DNA of 64,000 nucleotides. It comes from Oopsacas minuta (Eukaryota > Animalia > Porifera). Shown here piece by piece: positions 13,246 through 24,410 of this stretch. The stretch spans positions 50,935 to 114,934 of the forward strand of contig JAKMXF010000008.1 in NCBI GenBank assembly GCA_024704765.1, in the 5' to 3' direction. A model generated the notes under the pieces. The model made no database searches. It was not told the DNA's origin and saw only the letters and a program-made list of their open reading frames with translations. Within the stretch, counting starts at the first letter, position 1, and each line of letters starts with the position of its first letter. A program made the translations under genes and the position numbers.

Positions 13246-16203
13246 ATGAATCGTAAGAATGCCTGTTTTGTTCCACCTATTTCTTCACATAGCAATCTTC
13301 TGTATGATACCACACTAAGGTCAAATTCCAAAGTTGAAGAATTATGTATCAACGAACAACAAAACCTCAGCAATGCTTCTAAATATTCTCCAGCTACGAC
13401 TAGCAAATACCAAATTCTTGGTTCTGTAGTTAATGTCCCTGTACACTTACCTAAATCGTTATCCCAGTCTTCTAGTTCAAAACATAGTAACACCGATAAT
13501 TCTGTACTTGTAAGTGAACTCAATTGTCGACCATCTTCTCAAACTTTATCATTCTCTAGTATCTCCTCTGGGAGCTCTACATCTGAATTTCTTTCGAACA
13601 ATTATTTGGAATCAAATGTACAGGCAAAGGGTAGTATATCCCCAACCTCTTTCAAATGTAAATTAAACTTTTGGGAAGAAAAACTGAAACCTACCAGACC
13701 AACTGATTATTCACATGTAAACCCTGTTGTACAAAAGCCCTGCTTCAATTCTCCTTATTCATCATTGAAGTTAAGATTGAAACGGTCTAGCTATTGTGCA
13801 GATTCACCTCATGAAGATATATTCCATGAACACTGCCAAGATTCCAATTTTTATTTTAATGCATCACAAATGGATGATAACTATGGAAATTCCAAAAATA
13901 CGCGCCTAAATTGTATTTCTCCACCCCCTACTTCAACGACTTGTAATAACGTCCAAATTGGGCTGTATGTTGCAAATAGTATGAGAGAGGCAAAAATGCA
14001 GTCACCTATTGATTCACTAATTTTGCGGATAATCCACCATTTCAGCTCACCTGTACACGATGTTATTGACTCTATGTCAACTACACCTTATTCTTTTTTC
14101 TTATCTTATAAGTGGATTTGCATTGCTCCTGATGTTCTTGCTTGTAAGCTAAGATTACTATTTACTTACCAGCTTTGTTATAGTCCTGAAGGTAATCTAA
14201 AACCTTTATCACTATTGCAATTAGCAACTCCCAAACAGAAGTTGCTTGTTACTCAAACATTTCGTTATTGGATAAGATTATTTCCAGAGGACTTCCCTCC
14301 TAATTCTTTAGTTCTAGATGTAATGCACTCACTGAAAGTAGTAATGAAGAAGGAAAATATGACTCACTTATTAAGTTTGCTTGAATTACAGTACTTCGAC
14401 ACTTTCTCCTATAATAGAAAACTGAGTCTAGTAACTAAAAATAGTAATCTGGAGAACAATTCCTGGAATAGCAATTATATAGTTCCAGAAGCTTTTGAAA
14501 TTTTGAAGGTTTCTCCTGCCGAGCTTGCTAAAATTATTATTTGGATGGAATATTCTCTCTTTCTTGAAATCCCCTTCGATGAATTTAGGCATTATACAAA
14601 AATGCAAAATTCTACCGAAACACCGCATATTCAGCATTCAATTAAAGAATCTAATTCTGTTGCTATGTGGGTAAAGAGCAGTATTTTGAACGTAGATGCT
14701 CCAGATGAACGTGCCTTGATAATTGAGAAATTCATTGATGTGGCAAATGAAACTAGAAAACTGCATGCATTTCAAACTTTAATGTCATTGATAGGAGCAT
14801 TGAATTCTGGTTGCGTATGTCAACAAAGATTAACATTATCATGGTCTCTAGTTCCTAAAGAAAGAATACGAATATATGAGGAAATGTCAAATTTACTTAC
14901 TGTGAAAAACAATTATTGTTCATATCGAAATGAGCTAGAACATATAAAGAAACAAGAAAAGAATTTTTATTTTCCAATTTTAGGTGTTCTGTTCAAGGAT
15001 TTAATCCAGTTAGATGCAAAGTCCAATACTATCGATACAGGGCGACAAATTGAGATTAATGAAGCAAAACTAATACTAGTTGCGAAAACTATAGAAACTT
15101 GGCGGAATTCACAAAATTCTACCCTTCCAAAATTCCCTAATTTAGGACAGGTTGAGTTGGTGAAAGCAGCCATTCAGCTCTGTTCGATAATAGATGAAGA
15201 TGAGTTGTATAAGAAATCGTTTTTGCAAGAGCCTGCTTCGATTCATCTTGGTGATGTCCCTTTGAAAGAGAATGAAATCTTTTCACAATTTATCAAAAAC
15301 TTTGATAAGGAAAAGATTGATCCAGCTGTAGTTAAATTACATGTTAAAGCGATGACGAGAGCAATATTTTCAGCTTATGATAAGAATCATAATGGTTATT
15401 TAACCGAATTAGAATTTGTATCTATCAAGAAAAATTTTCCGTTTATTAAAAACTTTAGTGAACTGGATAAAAACAAGGATGGATTTATTTGTGAAGATGA
15501 ACTTTATGTCTTCCTATTTACTTCTCTTGGAATTCTTCGCAATTTCTTTACTCATGATTTTAAGGAATTCCATGAATATCATCCTGCAGTCTGTTCTCAT
15601 TGTAAATCAATTATGTGGTGTCCGATAGAAGCCGCCTGCAAATGCAGAGACTGCGACATTATTTGTCATAAACAATGTAGACAAAAATTGGTTGCAGAAT
15701 GTAAACCCAATATTCTTAACTTAAGAAGACATAAAGTCCCTAAGGATACATGCAAAAGAACAAAACTTTTGGCACAGACACTAGATCGTGATCGCCATCA
15801 TTCTGCTACGGAATTGACGGAATGTTGTGTTGCTGAAAAGGTTAGCCTCGCAAGTAATAGGGACGCCACTTGCGAATCCGGTTTACTTAGCACCTCTGAT
15901 TTTCCTTCTTCAGAATTTAGCAATACTTGCGACGATAAATCAAAACTCTGTGCTCAGAATGATCGTTTGACATCTCAGTTAAGTACTGCCCTCTCGATTA
16001 TTTCCCAACTAAAATCCGAAAATCGTTCACTACTCAGTGAGTTAGCTGTTGTGAAAGCTCAATTGTATTCAAGCACACATGATTTACAATTAAATAATTT
16101 TGAATTACAAAGACAGTTTTCAAATGTACGTGATGCGACTGGAGAATTTTTGCTACAGCAATTTGCTTTAATAAACACTTCGAAATCACAATCATATGTT
16201 TAG
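13246..16203 (+). CDS. RASGRP: RAS guanyl-releasing protein (RasGRP/CalDAG-GEF family), 985 aa, single ORF
   Basis: Ser-rich N-terminus, REM-like region, CDC25/RasGEF domain (SPAELAKII, FQTLMSLIGALNS, PILGVLFKDLIQL), two canonical EF-hands (DKNHNGYLTELE, DKNKDGFICEDE), C1 zinc finger at 15553-15702, C-terminal coiled coil; this domain order is diagnostic of RasGRP. Confidence 0.93.
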   Translation: MNRKNACFVPPISSHSNLLYDTTLRSNSKVEELCINEQQNLSNASKYSPATTSKYQILGSVVNVPVHLPKSLSQSSSSKHSNTDNSVLVSELNCRPSSQTLSFSSISSGSSTSEFLSNNYLESNVQAKGSISPTSFKCKLNFWEEKLKPTRPTDYSHVNPVVQKPCFNSPYSSLKLRLKRSSYCADSPHEDIFHEHCQDSNFYFNASQMDDNYGNSKNTRLNCISPPPTSTTCNNVQIGLYVANSMREAKMQSPIDSLILRIIHHFSSPVHDVIDSMSTTPYSFFLSYKWICIAPDVLACKLRLLFTYQLCYSPEGNLKPLSLLQLATPKQKLLVTQTFRYWIRLFPEDFPPNSLVLDVMHSLKVVMKKENMTHLLSLLELQYFDTFSYNRKLSLVTKNSNLENNSWNSNYIVPEAFEILKVSPAELAKIIIWMEYSLFLEIPFDEFRHYTKMQNSTETPHIQHSIKESNSVAMWVKSSILNVDAPDERALIIEKFIDVANETRKLHAFQTLMSLIGALNSGCVCQQRLTLSWSLVPKERIRIYEEMSNLLTVKNNYCSYRNELEHIKKQEKNFYFPILGVLFKDLIQLDAKSNTIDTGRQIEINEAKLILVAKTIETWRNSQNSTLPKFPNLGQVELVKAAIQLCSIIDEDELYKKSFLQEPASIHLGDVPLKENEIFSQFIKNFDKEKIDPAVVKLHVKAMTRAIFSAYDKNHNGYLTELEFVSIKKNFPFIKNFSELDKNKDGFICEDELYVFLFTSLGILRNFFTHDFKEFHEYHPAVCSHCKSIMWCPIEAACKCRDCDIICHKQCRQKLVAECKPNILNLRRHKVPKDTCKRTKLLAQTLDRDRHHSATELTECCVAEKVSLASNRDATCESGLLSTSDFPSSEFSNTCDDKSKLCAQNDRLTSQLSTALSIISQLKSENRSLLSELAVVKAQLYSSTHDLQLNNFELQRQFSNVRDATGEFLLQQFALINTSKSQSYV

Positions 16204-17059
16204 AATTCAGTGTATTATTTATTTAATGTTATTAACTATTAACACTATATTTGGTTTGCTGTAATTATACATGGTTAGTTCATATAACTTTGCCTAAATT
16301 CATCACAATTTGGTTACAAAACTACTATATTCTTGTACTAAGACTAAGTAGTAAAAAGGGGGTCATTCATAAGTTTCATAACGCTTCCAGGCGCACCATA
16401 GCCTACTAAAGGTTGGGGTTATATGGAAGTGAAAATATTTTGATGGTACAATTCTATGGATTCTTGTTTCTACACCAAAGGATTCTTACTACCAAAGAAA
16501 TATTACTTTTAGGCAGATTTTGAAATATAGCTTCTGATCTTTCAAATCTCGTATTTTCTTTAAACGATATGTTTAACATGTTAAATTGTAATTATTTTGA
16601 TTATCAACGGTTCCAACGGATTCGTACTGCCAAAGAAGTATCACTTTAGGCAGATTTTGAAATGTACCTTATGTTTGTATCAAATTACATTTACAACAAC
16701 CTCCAAAATCAGTGTTAACAATGTCATTTTCTTTAATTCGTGAATAGCCCCAATTTCTTCTGAGGTGATTAAGTTAGATTTAGTAAATCTGGCTGATAAT
16801 GCCTGCGACTTTTTAATAAGTGAATAAGTATTAATTACTAAGCTTTATATTTTGTAGATAGTAATTTAATTAAGAGAAGATATATATAGAGCACAGTTTT
16901 CCCCCAATTAGTGGTGCGTATAATACTATATATAATATGAGGGTCTGTGTAATTTGTTTCGATTAATTGATTATGCCTCCTGATTGTGGTTGTGTTCTCT
17001 TGCTATTCATTGTGAACTTGAGCTTTTATACCGCATTGAGTGGTTGTTGTCCACAATGT

Positions 17060-17125
17060 TTCATTGGCGTAGTAGTAAACATCATTGTTTCATTACATAC
17101 TTCCTTCGGTTCGAATCCTGTTTCG
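17060..17125 (+). pseudogene. tRNA-like Pol III promoter remnant (tRNA pseudogene or SINE head)
   Basis: A-box-like TGGCGTAGTAG followed ~35 nt later by B-box GGTTCGAATCC; no convincing cloverleaf. Confidence 0.35.
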
Positions 17126-17149
17126 TAGACGAGTATTATCATCTTCACT

Positions 17150-17800
17150 TGAGAAAAGCTCCTTTCTATAGACGCTCTCTGTAGTGGCAGGAATCATCAA
17201 ATACTTGAAGAGTTGCATGGACAAGACTGGATAAGATATACAAGTATAATTGCTTTGTCTGGAGAGTTTTTGCTGAGATTAGTTACCTGAGGAAGAATGT
17301 AATCAAGTAAGAAAATAGCTGCTGATATTTCCTTCTTCCTAAGAATTTTACTAATTTTCAGTGTTTCCGGCTCATGCGTGGGTTTATATATGTTGTCAAA
17401 GCAATAACAATTGCAGCATAACTTGTCTTTACTCCTTTTACTCATCATTCATGTGCAAGCCAGCGTGTATCTGATTTTTTAAGGTTTAATTACCTTCAAC
17501 TCAGACCCCCCTCAGCCTCCCTTTACACCAAAATTAGCTATATTAGCCTTGGCATTAATATCGCTCTTCTCTACAGCTTTCTTCCAATTTACAAATGGCT
17601 TGGTAACCTATATTTCTCCTGTTTGCTGAAGTGGTTTTCCAGATCTTCTGTAAACCTTACAGAAGGTACCTCTATAGTCCTCATCATATTCAAGCCTAGG
17701 GAAGTTACTTTCCCAATTCATAAAGTATTTTCTTTTGCTAACTGAGTAATACGACTCATTGCATTTCATTTTTCTCAAAATGGGGATTTATTGTTGCAGA
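17150..17800 (-). mobile_element. hAT transposase relic, internally deleted
   Basis: Fragments RKYFMNWESNFPRLEYDED...KPFVNWKKAVEK (TTF-type zinc finger region), KKSDTRWLAHE, AIFLLDYILPQV..LSK; many stops and frameshifts. Confidence 0.7.
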
Positions 17801-19017
17801 ATTTCAAGGGAGCATTAATTTGTTGATCTCAGACTCAGCTTCACACTGATGCTACATCTCAAGTTTCATCAGTGTGAAGCTGAGTGTGAGATTTATTACT
17901 ACCACCAAAATAAGAACGAATGTTAATATCACAGAAGTATATACTTTCTTTAAAAAAATTAGCTTATAATGTTTGCCCTTCACAGTTGTGCACGTATATA
18001 CATATGTCAGATTCCTTATATATAGGTCAACAATAGTATAGTACAGTTTTTTGTAATACAAAACCCCATACCATCATTCTAAAAAGGTCACTCTCATTAG
18101 GCCTAACAAATGACCTTTCCTCGAACATAGAAAAGCTAATACACAAAACTGTACTATAGTATAATTGAGCTATATATAAGTTATTTGATATATATATATA
18201 TATATATATCACACTTGGGCACAATGTTATACATTTGACAAGTTCAGTACAGCTGTCATAGATGAATATAATAAACCACAAAATACTATCAGATATAATA
18301 GAAACCACAAAATAGTATCGAAAATGTGCAGCTTCACGATGCATATAGCATAAAGTCTTCAAGCTAGAAAACAGTCTACTTTGGGCCTGTATGTCTAAAT
18401 TTGAGATAAGAGAGGTTATCACCAATCTGTGGTCCCCAAATACTCTTAGTGCATTTTCGCACCCTTTTCGTTTTCTCGGAATGAAACCCTGCAAGCACTG
18501 GAATAGGATTGCAAAATTATTTGAATTTCAGACATAGATTATACAAAAACATAATTTGAAAAAAGGAGGATTTGTGGCTTGGCGTGAGGATAATTATATT
18601 TGTCTAAAAGCGACAGGGTTGGCAGGCCTGGATAAATACACTTTTGTACAATACGAAGTCGGAGATCGGGATCCAATTTATTGTAACTAATATATCTCAG
18701 GTCTCGTACATTTTCGATATTGCAGATACGCGCCGTCGCATTTGGCCTACTATATGCATTGAATATTTATAAAATGTCAGAAAGAATATCTGACTGTTTT
18801 GATACCAAATATACACCATAAAGCATATTATTCTATAGGCGTTGGTGAGAAAAACCGCCACAATAACTATATCGTGAAAATATATACAGATAGTAAAATA
18901 TATATATATATATATATAGATATATAGTAGAACCTTGATATGTAAGCCTGAATTCACTGTTACTGGACATACTCTATTATAGAATGATCATATAATGAGA
19001 ACATTGTTAATGTAGTT

Positions 19018-20208
19018 CTAAAGTATTACATCTTCAGATGGCACATTGCTAAGAACCTCCAAATGCTGAAAACATAGCTCCTCTACATCATCTTTGAGCT
19101 TTAGAAAACTTTTTTGCAACATTTGCATCTTTTCTTCCCAATCATATTTATCTCGATCAATAATTTCCATAATGATGCGAGCAATATCACTTTCCTTTAC
19201 ATAATTGTTACTAGATTCATAGAAAGAATTCATTTGTACACTTGTTTCGGAATACTGAGGGATTTTGGGTATAATAGAAGTGGTCAGTATATTTTGTTGC
19301 AGGTATAAGTATGATTGATCTTGAAAACGACTTGTTTCTGAACAATTATCAATTGCAGAAGAAAACGTTCTATTTAAAGAAATTTCGTCGTTACTATTTT
19401 TCTGAATATGTTGAACGTTAGTTGGTTTTTCACTCAGAACAGTTTGCTTGAGATTGCTAATGTCAATATCAGTGAGTGAAGAATGCCTAACTAAGGATAT
19501 ATTATTTGTATCAGAACTTGAAGATTGTATAGCAAGAGAGTTTCTGTTAGATGCATTTATCACAGAGCTCGGCCGAGAAATAACAGACTTTTGAACAATA
19601 GGTTCAGTAAACTTAGAAGGAAATAACTCATTACACTGCCTGGATGGAGGTGAAACCTTTGAATTTATATTTTTTGATAGATATTTGTGAGAATGAAACC
19701 TTTGTGTGTTGACCGATTTTTTATCATCGTTAGAATACGGAACATCTGTCGAAATTGTACTTAAAATTTCAAATAAATTGGAATTCGGGGGAATTTGCGT
19801 TTCTTGAGAAATTGTATCCTTATGAACCCGAATTGTTGATTGGCCAATTGAAATTTGAACATCACTCTGAGCTTTTTTAAGTATATTTTTATGATTAACA
19901 CTATTAGAGGGAACATTAGATCTGTTCTTGGAATTAGGATCATAATAAACTTTTTCTGCAGGGACAAATATTCCATGATCAGGAGTGCATTGGAAATACC
20001 TAATCCCTTTAAAAGAACCATTATGCTTGCCTTGAGGAGCATTCAGTTCTATACCACAAAACTGACCACTTGCAAATTCGACAGTACCAAAGAATCTCAA
20101 TATCCCACGACGTACTTTGAAAGGCCCTTTATCGGAAAGTACAAGAACTGATTTACCGACAGAACGAAGGGACACAAGTTCTAAGTTTTGTAGACAAGAC
20201 TGTTCCAT
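19018..20208 (-). CDS. CAP-Gly domain protein (microtubule plus-end binding family), ~396 aa
   Basis: N-terminal CAP-Gly: RGILRFFGTVEFASGQFCGIELNAPQGKHNGSFKGIRYFQCTPDHGIFVP; Ser/Asn-rich linker; short C-terminal coiled coil; first ATG at 20208. Confidence 0.85.
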   Translation of the reverse strand: MEQSCLQNLELVSLRSVGKSVLVLSDKGPFKVRRGILRFFGTVEFASGQFCGIELNAPQGKHNGSFKGIRYFQCTPDHGIFVPAEKVYYDPNSKNRSNVPSNSVNHKNILKKAQSDVQISIGQSTIRVHKDTISQETQIPPNSNLFEILSTISTDVPYSNDDKKSVNTQRFHSHKYLSKNINSKVSPPSRQCNELFPSKFTEPIVQKSVISRPSSVINASNRNSLAIQSSSSDTNNISLVRHSSLTDIDISNLKQTVLSEKPTNVQHIQKNSNDEISLNRTFSSAIDNCSETSRFQDQSYLYLQQNILTTSIIPKIPQYSETSVQMNSFYESSNNYVKESDIARIIMEIIDRDKYDWEEKMQMLQKSFLKLKDDVEELCFQHLEVLSNVPSEDVIL

Positions 20209-20949
20209 ATGAACCAAATAGTAAATTAAAGTATAATCTAAAAGAAAGAGTATTTAACAAATTTTAGTTAAACAAAACCAAAGTTGTTAGCTTATTCGTT
20301 TATAACATAGTTCAAAGTTACATATGTAATATTTTCTTTTGGAAATTATTGGATTCCTAAAAATTGTCGATTAATTTGAAATAGTGGTCGGTTTGAATGG
20401 AATGTGAACACAAGATAGTGTTGCTAAGGTAATGTGTTAGCTGAAGCTTTAACTAACAGAATATGAGCCCTATTACTCAAATAAAACAAGTAGTTCCGCC
20501 ATAGTCAACTTCATATTCACTAATAATAACTGTCAAGCATTAAAGAAACTGTACATAATTTGAACACAACTTGAAAAGCAGCAATTTTCTCTCTAAAAAT
20601 AGCTTTACGGAACTACATGATGAGATATGATAATATAGGCGATTGAAACGCATACTTTGATACTATAATTCTATGTGCCTTAATACATACAGCTCTGGTG
20701 TATGATATTTTGAGGCACTGTATTATAGTACCATGGATATTCAATATCTATAATATTTTGAGGCAGTTGGAATCCAGAGAAATTTGTGCGATTAATTTAG
20801 TTTCAGTTTGACTTGATGATAATCTCAGTTATTACCAGATGTATATGAAGGTCTTTAGTTTTCATCTAAAATATAACCTTTTTTCAAAATGTATATTTCT
20901 GACTTTCTATATATTTATTTATTAGCTACTTTTTTTGTGAAATTTTTGC

Positions 20950-23900
20950 ATGGAGGCAAAAGAATACGACAATATTTGTAAGTTCCTGCAGGATGGCTCC
21001 ATTCTGCCACAACTACCAACATCAAATGCCAGATGGAACTTTAAGCGGAAAGCGACAAAATTCTTCATCAAAGCAGAGACACTTTACAAGGTAAATTCAA
21101 GATTTTGATATTGAATACAATCATTATTCGATTGATAAATACTTATGCCTGACTTATACATATCTCGCGGAGGAATAAGGAAGTTCATTAATATAGCGGC
21201 TCTAATAAGTCTTTTGAATTTAACTAATCTCATGAATTCAACAATTACATTGAAGATATGTTCCTTGAGAGTAAGTATTAAAAATTCGAAATTATTTTCT
21301 AGACAGTCAATATTGATGGCAACCTTTCCCAGGTTAAATTTCCAAGGAGAGAAGAATTAGCAGAGGTCCTTCATATGTTCCATGACCAGGTTGGTCATCC
21401 TGGAATGAATGCTACTTCTACTTCCATTCAAAAACATTACATGTGGAAGGGAATGCACGCGGAAATCATTGAATATGCAAGTATATTGTACATTAGACCA
21501 ATATTACCTCATTTCATACTAACTACCGTTTCTTATAAAGGTGAAAATGTGTGATGTATGTCAGCAAACTGCCTCATTGCCACCACAACCACAAAAGAAA
21601 TTACACCCGATTCCACCTCCTGACTATCCCTGGGTGCATATAGGCATGGACCTTGTGTGTGATCTTCCTATGACTACGGAAGGATATAAACATATATTAG
21701 TAACTGTTTGTTACCTAAGCAAATATGTTCTGGCAAGGCCCCCTGAAGACGAAGACTTCAGAGGAGGTTATAACGGCGCTCCAAGATATTTACCTTGAAG
21801 TAGGAGTGCCAAAAGATCGTTCAACATGATCAGGGAAAAGAATTTACCAGCAATGTAATGGTGATGTTTACTTTATACTACATATATAGGATCAAAACGT
21901 GTTGCTTTTTAGATATTTCAAGAATGCAACCGTAATCTTCAAATTGATAACAGAAGCACCCGGCTTACCATCCAATGGCTAATGGTTTAGTCGAGCCACA
22001 CAATAAAATTCTTAAAATGTGAGGAAATTGACTTAGTATTGAATTCGATTTGTTTGAGTTTTTAAACCAAGTTCATTTGATGTAGGAAATTGAACAAAAT
22101 GGGCCGTCAGACATGAAAGGAGTGGTCAATTTTTCTTAAGTCTGCCGTATTGTCCATGAACAGTACGAAAAAGAGATTTACAGGTCACACTCCGTTCAAA
22201 ATCATGTGGGGGAGGGAATCACAGTACGAGTTACTTCTCCCAGTTGTTAACAACGCAAGCTCGACACCTGAGGAAGATTTTATTGAGGAGGAAGAAGTAT
22301 TCGCACGTTTAGATCTAGATAATCTAGATGATCTAGATGATCCCTCCCTCGACACACCCGTGCTCGAAGAAGAGAGATTTAGCACATATGATTCTGCATC
22401 TCAATCAATTGCTTCAGAACAGTTGAAGCAGAAAAGTCAATATGATAAAAAAAGTGACCGGAAACAGGTGCGCTTTGCTTGTATAAATCAGTATGTACAT
22501 TATCTTACTATCTATACATGTATTGATTATAGATTATCTTCCTTTTAGGAAACCCATTGTTAAAGGAGATGTGATTATGTTTACGAATATTCCCAAGATG
22601 AAGAAAATGCCAAACACCAAAAAACAGCCCAAATACTTAGGCCCACACATGGTAGAAAGGGTATCTGGGGAAAACATCATTATTTTCATGACTGTGGCTG
22701 GAAAAAATCGAGAAAAACGCGTTCCTATTCATATAGTACGCCCATACTTTGAACGCGATATAAGTCATCTGGAACGAAAGCTGAAAAGACCATCAAAACG
22801 AAATTCAGAAGATGCAGACATCAAAAGAGTGCATACATCGGTATGACTATTCGCAATACTTACCCAAGAAACTACAAGTATTGAAAAATATATATATATT
22901 CTTTTAGATCGAGAAGGTTTATGGGTTTTCTTGCGAATCTTTATTGGACCATCTAAACAGTCTAAAGGTATTAGCACAAGACATGTACCTTTTTGCGTGT
23001 ATATTAATACATGTGGTTATAACTTTTTAGGATATCTTAGGTGGTCATATCCAAAATGGTACCTATTTGACATGTGTGCACAAAGTTCTTCACGAGATGT
23101 TTCACCAAAACCACAAGTACGTGCCAAACACATTTCTCTTTACTTTCCTGAAAGATATAAGTGAATATGATATGCTAAATATCTTTCTTATACAGTAGAA
23201 CTCGAATAAGACGTACCCGCTCGGGAAACAGAAATTAGTACGTCTTAACCGAGTGTACGTCTTATCCGAATATGTTTGCATTACAAATAATGATGACTGA
23301 TATTTTGGGATATAAGAAATGGTACGTCTTAACCGAGTGTACATCTTAAGCCGAGTACGTCTTATCCGAGTTCTACTCTATATATATACATCATTATTAT
23401 TATTATATTTACTCGTATCTTTAGAAGAGGCAAATTCGAGAGACATTATTGTGTTGGTCACATATATTTTACCCCAAGTTTGGTGATTCGTTAGCAGCCA
23501 AATACACTGAGAGTGTACTATACCCAGTCGTAAGTTTCTATTAATGTTTATGAGTTCAAGACATATTTTCTCAACTCAAAATTATTTCATTGTTCTTTTC
23601 TAAAAACACATTGAATAGGTTTTATCTCTATCATATTTTAGGCCATCGAATATCTCAATACTGTAGTTTGGGACAACATTGACAACAATAGCTCTCCTAT
23701 GCCACCTGTAATTCACGACAGTCCGCGAATATCTGTAATTAACGAAGCTTGGCAACGCCAAAAATACGAGATGTTAGAACTTATTTTTCATTCTGTTAGT
23801 AAACAACCCTCACAGGTGAATCAAACCCTATCTGATTACAGACCGTGGGAAACTGCTAATATTGATAAAGACGGAAATTGTTTCTTTTGTTGTCTATCTC

Positions 23901-24333
23901 ACATAATTACTGGAAATCAAGACAGTCATAGCGAACTGAGAAAGCTGATAGCCCACTTCATCGCTAGCCAAGGAGCAAGCAAACTAGGATGGTATTTGAA
24001 GCACAGTGGCTATACACCATTTAGTTATTTTCAAAAGGAGAGTATGGTAAATATGGATGGAGTATGGGGAGGAGATGTAGAGATAATGGCAGCATCCGCA
24101 ATTCTCCACCACCAAGTAGACATATTTGTGCCAACAACGAATATCGACGGGATAGCCAAGAGAAAGTATACCAAATTATTTCTTGGAAATTAATGAGAGC
24201 CAACGCACTGAATGAAGAAGCAATCTACGTAAAGAATTTTGATTTACATTTTGAGCCAGTAACTTCACTGGTAAACAACCCTACACCAACCTTTGGAGTC
24301 GTCGTTGACCAAATTACTCTTGATTTCGATTAG
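20950..24333 (+). pseudogene. multi-exon Ginger integrase-OTU fusion gene, frameshifted
   Basis: Exons MEAKEY...LYK | FHDQVGHPG...YMWKG | CDVC...PWVHIGMDL...HDQGKEF | YHPMANGLVE | GHTPFKIMWGR...YDKK | KYLGPH (GPY/F) | linker exons | OTU DGNCFF (Cys 23879-23881), WGGDVEI, HFEPV (His 24247-24249); donors at 21091, 21477 (GC), 21855, 22019, 22468, 22841. Confidence 0.88.
23193..23378. mobile_element. pogo/Tigger-like MITE inserted in an intron of Ginger A
   Basis: TIRs CAGTAGAACTCGAATAAGACGTAC and GAGTAGAACTCGGATAAGACGTAC (reverse complement), TA flanks, internal CGTCTTAACCGAG repeats. Confidence 0.85.
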
Positions 24334-24383
24334 CCTTTCTATTTATGAGACTCGACTCCTTCTACGTACCGTTGTGTAGGATT

Positions 24384-24410
24384 TGTGTGTGTGTGTGTGT
24401 GTGTGTGTGT
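24384..24410. repeat. (TG)n microsatellite
   Basis: About 13 perfect TG units between the OTU stop and the right TIR of Ginger A. Confidence 0.95.

Noticed and set aside
13242-16203. Antisense ORFs overlapping RasGRP (13242-13523, 14428-14637, 14967-15173) and similar short overlapping ORFs elsewhere
   Set aside because: These are shadow frames of real coding sequence with no motifs.
18027-18494. 155-aa minus-strand ORF
   Set aside because: It runs through an (AT)n microsatellite and has no domain-like composition; likely spurious.
22908-23525. Ulp1 protease domain in Ginger A linker exons
   Set aside because: The in-phase translation lacks HW and QxxxxDCG motifs; it instead weakly resembles the Ginger B linker.
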